Source: Paramecium tetraurelia | Taxonomy: Eukaryota | Direction of reading: 5' to 3' | DNA length: 64,000 nt | Assembly: GCA_000165425.1 (NCBI GenBank) | Contig: CT868430.1 | Span: forward strand, 186,001 to 250,000 | In this document: piece after piece, positions 55,012-64,000 of the stretch | Layout of the letters: every line of letters starts with the position of its first letter | Numbering within the stretch: the first letter of the stretch is position 1 | Translations under genes and position numbers: made by a program | Notes under the pieces: model-generated | The model's input: only the letters and a program-made list of their open reading frames with translations | Database searches by the model: none | Told to the model about the DNA's origin: nothing

Positions 55012-57206
55012 ATGATAAGCAAAATGATCATGGATCGCTAGAAGAAGACATAAAATATTGATGAAAATGAATTGGATTCTTTCAATCGATATTTGTAAAG
55101 GGATAATCAACCTTTAAATTTAGGCACCTAACTCTCTTATTCGAAAATCAAAGTAAATGTTGGAATGCCAATAATAACTGAATAACAAAACGAAACCCTC
55201 GGTAACACTCATCAATCAACTGTGTAGCAAAGTAAAAATGCATCGCCTCAAAAGATAAGCATTGCAATGGAAGACATCAGGTTGAACATTAGAATAGTTT
55301 TCAAATTTTATGCAAGTTTTGGAAATAGAAACAATACTAGGTTTTTGAAATCAAACAAATTTATCAAAATGTTGTCCGATGCTCAAATAATGCCATAATT
55401 ATTGTCAAATCGAGATTGTGATATTCTATATGCCTAGCAAACAAAAAATAATGAAAGTCTCACACTTGAACAATTTTAAAACTTAATACCGAAATTAGCT
55501 ATGATTCTCTACCCTTAACAAAAAGTTCACTAAGCATTTCAAAAATTATATAATGAATATCTCTCATAGTTATCTTAAAAAATATTAAATTTTACTGAAT
55601 TTGGACAATAAATTCAATTCGTACTCTAACCAATAGGCAATTAAATTAAAGAGTTTGTAGAACCAATCTAATAGTAATTAACCAATTTACATAAATTTAT
55701 TTTTGAAGACTAAAGCACAAACATAAACAAAGTCTAATGGAAATTCATGTAATTTTTAACTTAATGCGAAATATTACCTAATTATATTAATTAATCCTAA
55801 GCTCAATTGATTTTTGATAACATATAAATAAGGTAGCCTACTCTAAATCTATAAGAAAGTGGAAATTACTTATTTAGTTTGAATAATTTTGTTGAAAGTT
55901 TGATTATAATATCAAGAACAGTTCCAAATTTAGATGAGTTTACTCAATTTAGACTATTGCTTGATAAAATTGAATAGTCAGAAGGTTTTAGTTAATATTT
56001 AAGAAATCTCAATCGAACACAGAGTGATAAGGTGAGATTGTTTTATAACATAGAAAAAAGTGGAATCTATAAATAAGAAAATCTAATTCAATAAAGTTAG
56101 GTGATTTAAAATACTTAGAATAATGTGAGTCACACAAACATATAAGTTTTAAATACTAATAAGAAAGTGGATGAAAGCAGGGTTAATCTTTCTATGATGA
56201 AATAATCCAAATATTTATAAGATATAGATTAATCTTACATTTCTTCATTGAAGAAGTTATTTGAGTTCTTTGCATAGAGTGGAGAACCTAGCAACATTTA
56301 ATCTTTAAAAAATACAAAATTCAATAAATTATTATTGCACTCTGGGATTTTGAACAATTTAATTACTATAACTGATTCTGATATGATCTATTCAAAATTA
56401 TGTGGTCTTTAATCCATTAAAACTTAATAAAAAAATAAATAATTGACAAATGGTAAAATGACCTTTGGATAATTTCAAATTAGTTTGGGAATCATAGCTG
56501 AGAAATGTGGAATGGATATAAATGAGTTGATTCAATAAAACATTCTACCTTTAGAAAAATAAATTTCTGATGACAATAAAGAATAAATCCTTTAGGTTTT
56601 GGTTGATTTACTACAAGATGAATAAATTGTATAAAAAATATCATATTATAACATTAGATTTAACTATATGAGATGATCTAAACAGTTTTTGATTGGTATT
56701 TTTAGGAATATTCTAAATAATAAAGTTCAATTTTGTATTTATCAGAGTTTCTGAAATTTTGTTAAGACTTTGAGCTTTCCAATATTCTAATATCTCAAAC
56801 TCAACTGACTTCCATATTTTATTCTGTAGCATCACTTAATTAGGAAGGGTAAGAATACTCAGACTAAATTTTCCTTGATAAATCCTAATTTGTTGAGGCC
56901 ATCAGTATCATAGCCATTCAAATTTACTCTACAATTCCAAATAACATTTAACGAGTATATACTCATATCTGATTATTAGATTGTATATCTTCTTGAAAGA
57001 ATATTTTAGTCTCAAAATGCTTCGAAAATCTATGTTAAGCAAAACAAGTAGATATTAATCATCTAAAATGTAGGTTATAAGCTAGATTTCAGAATGTTAT
57101 TGAGGAGATTAAATATCGATTTTTAGAAAAGGATAAAGTGCGTTAAGAGGAAGAATAGTATAATTTTGATGATTTAGTAAATGGAACTATTTAATAATTT
57201 TAATGA
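55012..57206 (+). CDS. Protein with two p25-alpha (TPPP-like) domains
   Basis: VFKFYASFG...LKSNKFIKMLSDAQI...DCDILY and LFEFFAQSG...LKNTKFNKLL...DSDMIYSK...MTFGQF. Confidence 0.75.
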
Positions 57207-57218
57207 TGTTATTTATTT

Positions 57219-58203
57219 TCAGAATAATTCATTAATTAAGTCTTTTAATTCTAAAATTGTGCTTTCTTATTATTTTTCTTTTACAGGGAACTCTAAATTA
57301 TATGACTCTTCCGGTTAAACTGGTTCCTACACTTCATTATAAACCTCTTTTAGATTCACCTTTCTATACTTTCCAGAAATAATCATTCTACTCACCTTTT
57401 ATCTCTCCTTCTATTCTTGTAATGAATGTCCATATTGAGTAAAAGAATATTTTGGTAAAACGGTATTGCTTTAGACAGCAGATCTTGGAGGATTTGTAAG
57501 ATTTCGAGAACATTAGCTACAAAATATATCGGTTTTTTAAGCTTAAGGAGTGAGTACTAAATAAATGGGAGTTTGACAGCATTTACTGCAAGGAATCCAC
57601 TCAGAATCTAAATTTAATAAATTAATATGAACCTGAAAAATAAATGTAAAACTTCTCAGAAACTGCATGTTAACATATAAGCAAATTGATTTCTTAAATT
57701 GTAAGTTCTTTGAATTTGTCTTACACAATGTTAAGAACTGACAGTCTTCTTCTGTCTCCTGGTGGTAAAGCTTTGAGCTTGTTATTCATGACATTATGAA
57801 GAATAGTACGATAATTGGCTAAATTGATTATAAGGAGCCATTACTTTTAAGGAAGTATATTTTCATATATCGTTTACTTTGCTTGGTCTCCATTTCAGTG
57901 TTATTTATTTACTCAGAAAACAGCATATTTGGTTATCTTTGAGTTTATGAAGTCGCTGCTCTTGGAACATGACGAGTTGACTATTTCCTATTTCATTTTA
58001 ATTACTTAAGCTGTTGAAGGCTTTTTGATAGGCTGAGTTTGAGAAGTAAATGGACGCACTTGCATATTGGAGTTATAACTCTATACTGGATTAAAAGGGT
58101 AATTTTGAAAGACTATTCCCTTCTTTAACTTGCCAACTGACTGCGAATTCGAATGAATCACATTCTAATTGTCGAATTGTGTTCGATAATAATTATAATT
58201 CAT
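57219..58203 (-). CDS. Hypothetical protein with two CxxC pairs
   Basis: Three introns (25, 26, 25 nt) give 303 codons; contains CSKC...CSQC. Confidence 0.65.
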
Positions 58204-58399
58204 ATTTAATTAATAACTTATATACTATCAATATCTTCAACTAATACAACTCCATTCTCAAAACCATTCTAATATTCAATAACTTAAAATCCCTCCAATA
58301 ACACACATAATAACTATTAAACTATTATTATAAATGCATAAACAAATGGAAATATTCAAATTCTCTCTGATATTCATAGGTTTATATATTAAAAGAAAG

Positions 58400-59250
58400 C
58401 TGAAAAAAACAAAAAAATGTCTAAAATAATACTAATTAATTATTTCTTAAATCAACTCATTTCTAAGAATTCTTGAAACAGAAGGATCAACATAAAGAGG
58501 CTATATCTTTGAATTTTAGCCATTTATTGCAGACTGACAGGTTATTAACCTTAAAAATATCCAAACATAGTAAAAGAATTAATAAGAACTTACAATAATA
58601 ACTTGAAGCTTTCTCCATAAATGCATTTACAAAGATAAAAGAACTGCATTAATCACCGAGTTTAAGAAATAATGAACGCGGGATTTCAAGAGTTTTATTT
58701 TAATTGTAAATTGCAACTCAGATGGGTGCTTTAATTTCATATGCATATGAATCATGGATTTACAGACATGTTGCATGAAGGTCTGATTAGATTTGAGAAG
58801 GTTGGTTGGTGTTCTAGAATTGTGATGAGAAATTATGATTGTTGTTAATTTATGACGATTGAAAGCTTTCATTATTTTGATTTCAATCTTTAAATATGAT
58901 CATGAATTTTCGATAAAGCAAGAGAAGCAACTCGACTTCCCCCGTTAATGGTTGAACTGACTTATTAAAAATATATATATAAAAATTCCACTCAAACATG
59001 GGTTTCCTTTTCAAGGCATTGAAAATAACAAGATATCAAGTACACTTTCGGGAGCAGATAAAGATGTAGACGGCTGCTCAATAAATTTACTAAGGAGATA
59101 TTAATTTGTATTATGAGGAGAATGATTGGTTTTATATTGCTATATTTTCTCATATTTATTATATTTATATTTGTTATTACCATCAACCTTTTTCTTCTAC
59201 TTAATCTCCTGGTCGGATTTTTTGTGAATTTCTAAAAAAATATTAAACTC
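58400..59250 (-). pseudogene. Probable gene relic
   Basis: Fragmentary coding-like stretches (e.g. HMHMKLKH) with no coherent spliced frame, in an unusually long intergenic gap. Confidence 0.3.
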
Positions 59251-59622
59251 ATAATATACATTTTCTAATAATATCTGATTTCGTTAAAAGAACCATTTAA
59301 GAAGATTTGTAAATAATTTGTTTTTTTAATTTTATTATTGAGAATTTAAATTATTTTTTTAGCTTTTAAAGCTCATATTCAATGACATATCTCAAATCAA
59401 TATTTGATGATGTCTTTATAAAAATAAAGGTAGTAATACTATAAAACAAGATTTTAACAAACTTTTTGTTAATTAATTCAATTTTGTGAATAATTATAAA
59501 TTAGTATAAATCAATAATTTTTGATGAGCAGCATAAAAGTTATTAACAAAAATATTGGAAGTTATTAAAAGTTGAGAAAGAAAAGAATGATGAAATATTT
59601 TAGAAACTTTCAAAACTATAAA

Positions 59623-60591
59623 TCAGATAATGTTATTTTAGCAATTTATGTGGCCATACAATCTACAAACGAAGCATTCGATCTAATCCTTTAATTTGTG
59701 TATTTGTTGAGTTAACATCCCGCATTCTGACTCTTTATGACTATTCTTACCGCAGTTTATGCATTATTGCAATTTTAATTATGTCTAGATAAGTTAATAA
59801 AGTGATATTACCCTGCAATCATTTTTTCTGTGTCCAATTTAATTACATCTAAAACAAGAAACATTAGAACAAATATCTCCAACATGTTTTTGACTTAAAC
59901 AATAATTGCATTGTATGGTTTATTATTCAGTGCATTATCTTTCCTGATGTCCTGATTACTTGCATCTAAAGCAGTATTCAAATGGGTTATATTGATAATA
60001 TCGATTCACTCCAAGTTCCAATTGATCCTTTAAATCCTATCTACAAGTATTTGATTATTCATTACTTCAAGTTGTCATCGTTGGTTTCATTTTTCTCCTC
60101 ATCATTTTATATCTATTTTGACTAGATATTTAGTTTAGATATTTTTTCATTTAAATTTTTCATTGAAGTCATTTTTTTCTATCCATTCAATTCATATTCT
60201 ATTAAATAATCTCTTCTAGGAGGATTAATATCAAAAACAAAATCTAAAATTTTAGTCTAAAATTTTTCATGTTTTTTTTTTTATTTAGAATCAGAAGGTA
60301 AAGAAAGTAAACTATCAGATTCACTTGAACTGGTAATTGACTAAAATCTTGGACTGCTAGATGATGAACTACTACTACTACTACTACTACTGCTACTACG
60401 ATGTTTCTTTTTCTTATTTTTATATCTCTTTCTTTAATCATATTTTTAATTTTATTTTGAAATTCGTCTTTCATAGTTTTTGTATTCCTACTATAGTTCT
60501 TCTAATGCATCTAATTTTATTTATTACTTCATTAAATATTATATACTTAGATGTGAAAATCCAGAGCGCATTTCTCTTGCCAAATAGACAT
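59623..60591 (-). CDS. Five-CCHC zinc-knuckle protein (Air1/2 / ZCCHC7-like)
   Basis: CFRCKQSGHQERQC, CNYCLSQKHVGDIC, CFRCNQIGHRKNDC, CINCGKNSHKESEC, CFVCRLYGHINC; N-terminal poly-Ser. Confidence 0.85.
60368..60397. repeat. (ACT)n microsatellite encoding poly-Ser on the minus strand
   Basis: About ten ACT/GCT triplets within the zinc-knuckle gene. Confidence 0.85.
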
Positions 60592-60629
60592 TTTAAAATA
60601 AATTATTATATATTTAAAATTAAATTAAA

Positions 60630-62064
60630 TCAATTGTTAGCTGCACGATGAAATTTGATGTAATTAATATTTTCTTCTTCATCCTAATCCTAAACTTGTT
60701 CTTCTAAGGGTTTCAAATCATAGATTTGATTTTAGATTTGTTCACTTCTTTCAAAATCCCTAGTCAATGCAAGATTGAGTCTGCAAATTTGTTATTCATT
60801 ATTGGAAACTCTCTACTCAAGGGCTTATAAAGTCCTAAAATTAAATGAGATAAAAACCTTGTAATTAATTCCAACTAACCACTGATATTGTCTAATTGAG
60901 TGATAACTTCAGCTGGAACATCCTCCTTCTATAATTACACACTTTAATTGAATTCACTCTTCTTATGTAAACTATTGTCTGCATTTGAATATAGAACAGT
61001 TTCCTTTTATTTAGGTAATTAACTATTAGTTTATTAAACATTTTCTTTCTGTTATGATGATTGTTGTTATCCTTATGTTTATGTCTGTTGAATGGGTTTC
61101 GATTTTACTTACTTAGGCTTTTCATCCAAGGATTCCTGACCACTGCATACCCAATTAGTATTCCAAACTAAAATCATACTATCAGATCCTCCAGTAGCAA
61201 AATAATCTCCATGATTAGAAAATGCACAAGTAGTAGCTTGGCCATTATGACCATAAAGAGTATATGCCAATTTTCCCATTCTTAGATCCCATACTTTGAC
61301 CTTACTGTCAGCTCCAGATGTCATAGCAAACTATCCAGATGGATGAAATTTCAAATCCAAGACTGAATCTGCATGAGCATCATAATGTTAGATAACTCTC
61401 TTTGATCTTACATCAAACAATTTCAATTTTTTATCATGAGAACAGGATCCCAATATTGTTGAATCTGGTGAGAATTGAACCTTATAGACTACTCCAATGT
61501 GTTCATTATATCTTTAAGCTTCTTTTTTTGAATCACAATCCCAAATAATAACTGCTCTATCATCACCTCCTGATGCTATCAATCTAACATCTTATGAAAA
61601 CACAGCACTCCTAACCCAATTTGTATGCTGGAATCCATATTGAAATTTACGATCATTAACACTCCAAACTTTGACAGATTTATCATCACTTGAACTCACC
61701 AATAATTAACCATCACAAGAAAATTGAACACTTCTGACTGGAGCTGAATGTGCCTTTATTGAAATTGAACTTCCTTCAACTGTATTATTCCAAAGTCTTA
61801 TAGTCTCATCTTTAGCACAAGATGCAATCAATAGTCCATTTGGAGAGAATTGAACATCACTTACTTAGCCTTTATGACCCATAAATCTGTAAACCTTCCT
61901 TGGTTATTTCAATTACCACACAGACACTACACCATCATTGGCACTTGATGCTATTGATTTTCTACTATATAATTATTGATATACAATCCAGGATGAAATG
62001 ACAATGCTGTAATAGTATCCTTATGTCCTTTTAGAGTTGTAAATAATGTTGGGTCGTCTTACAT
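60630..62064 (-). CDS. POC1: POC1 centriole/basal body WD40 protein
   Basis: MQDDPTLFTTLKGHKDTIT, seven WD40 repeats, and C-terminal Poc1 motif LDNISGQLELITRTLQALEQRVS. Two introns, 463 codons. Confidence 0.92.
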
Positions 62065-62419
62065 TTCGTTTAATTTAAAATTCAAATTATATAATTAATT
62101 ATTTTGTATGAACCAAGATTAAAAAACTATCATTTATTCTATGATTTATCTTTATCCTCAATTTAATTTGATATTTTTGTATGTAACTACCTCAAAAGTA
62201 TATTCCTCTATAGTCTATTTTATCTATAACTATTATTATATTTGAATATTTGTAGAACACTTTCAGAAAAATGTTGTTAGCATTATTGAATATGTAATAT
62301 GTAATTAAGAAGATCCGATATGGAGATAATTTTATACAATTCTCATCTGAAAAACAAAACAAGGATTTTATGGATATATATTAATAATATTTATAATACC
62401 ATGTGAAAATATTAAATAA

Positions 62420-63823
62420 ATGTCCCAGAAGAAAAACGATTGTGAATTGATTTTAATCGACCCTTAAGATGATTCAGACATTAAACCTATGAAAATCTTA
62501 AAAAAACTTGTTTCTAATGCAGGTGGAGTTAGATATCTTGTTGAATACAGCAATAATGAATAAAAGCAAGAAACAGAAAAATATATGAAAGAGAATTATT
62601 AAGAATTGATAGAGGATTATAATTATTTTTCTGTCTGTGGTAGCAGATTCGATCAATTAACTTTGTAGAAGATGAGGGAAAATAATAATAAGATGTAAAA
62701 TTTTGAGAATCATGCTAAATTACCTACAATACCATCAGATGAAAATTATCCAATTTTTAAAAGGCAAAAAAAAATAGATAAACAAATTGAAAAAAATATC
62801 AAAGTCAATAACAATCAAATCTTACCATTACCTCAATAGACATAATAATAATTACAATAACAATAACAAATTCCTTAACAATAATAAATTTAATAACATA
62901 ATAGTTTACTTTAGAATGAGAAATATTTAATTAAATAATAATAAGTTCAAAATTAAACCTTACTTTCATTGAAATCTGATCAAGGAGATAAAATTAAGTC
63001 TATTACACTAGAAAATGGATTATTTCTAATTCAATGGTAACCCAGACCTGATGGAAATGTACCTTATCAAGAGTATTACCATTATGACTTCTTAAAAGCA
63101 ACAGCTCCTACTATTTTATTATCATTTTTAGAGCAAGAATTCTTAAATGAGGACTAAAAATTTAAAAATCTTAAAAGATAATCTTATTAAAATTCAACCA
63201 AAGAAAATGATGATAATCCATAATATAAGGATAAATCAATCAATATCACTTAGACCGATAAATCCTAAGAAATAATTGAAGTCTAAAAGGAAGTACTAAA
63301 GGATGATCATCCGATTAAAAGAGCTTTTTAGTTCGAAGAAGTTAAAGAGCAAAAAGATAATTCTAAAGACATTCTGATTGATGACTTCTCAGTTGATGAT
63401 GCCTAGGAAGTTATACTTGATGAGAAATAGACTGCGGAACAAGAAAAAAAACAGTAATAATAAAAGAAAGGCATTATTCCATCTTTTAAACCTTAGGGAT
63501 CAACTTAGAAATCAAGAAAATAAATGATAGATAAAGCATAAGAGTTATTTACAGTGGAAAAAGCATAAGGGAAACTGGATGAAAAATTATCTCAAATGGA
63601 AAAGCCTACTCCCAAATAATAAGTAACAATAACTCAACCGAAATTGTCTAACTAGTCATTTCCAGCACAATTTGCTTAAGCTTAAGCTCCAGATGAATTT
63701 GAAATACTAGGTTCTTTGGAAAAACCTGAGGATAAATAAAATTAAAATTACGAGAAGGAACTTGAAGAATGCTATTCTGATGTAGAGTTACCTCATTTTT
63801 AATTTAATCAAAGCGAAATTTGA
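62420..63823 (+). CDS. HP1-like protein with degenerate chromo / chromo-shadow folds
   Basis: Intronless 468 codons. KILKKLVSNAGGVRYLVEY...ENYQELIEDY and KIKSITLENGLFLIQWQPRPDG...LKATAPTILLSFLE are separated by a Q-rich linker. Confidence 0.6.
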
Positions 63824-64000
63824 GAATTTTATATTTTATATGCAAATATCTTTTATAGAAATATTGTAAAATGATTAACTAACATATATAGATAAATAAA
63901 TAGGATAATTATTATTTCTAACCATTCAGATGAAAAACTCATCGAATAAGTATACAAACATCTTAACGAATAATAAGTTGTCTATAAATTCTATATGAGC

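Overview
AT-rich, very gene-dense eukaryotic DNA typical of a ciliate macronuclear chromosome, most likely Paramecium. The supporting signs are: TAA/TAG read as Gln with TGA the only stop, GT..AG introns of about 20-29 nt, intergenic gaps often 12-50 nt, and an epiplasmin gene. The supplied ORF track uses the standard code and so fragments nearly every gene. I re-translated by hand with the ciliate code; coordinates run from ATG to TGA including introns and may be off by a few bases. About 40 protein genes are supported, including V-ATPase subunit a, ABCE1, CK1, TVP23, SPEF1-like, MYCBP-like, cyclin, TMEM161-like, epiplasmin, PGS1, a SET methyltransferase, RhoGAP, cullin-like, USP, sorting nexin, two aquaporins, RPL34, POC1, a zinc-knuckle protein and a chromo-fold protein. 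There is also one probable C/D snoRNA. Points of interest: (i) single extra bases break the frame of ABCE1, a USP and possibly a DDX56-like gene, most likely assembly errors although recoding is not excluded; (ii) three tandem, intact-frame pseudoenzyme genes (CK1-like, PP6-like, UAP1-like); (iii) a probable double-guide snoRNA; (iv) an intronless HP1-like gene with degenerate chromo folds. No mobile elements, CRISPR arrays, rRNA or tRNA were seen.
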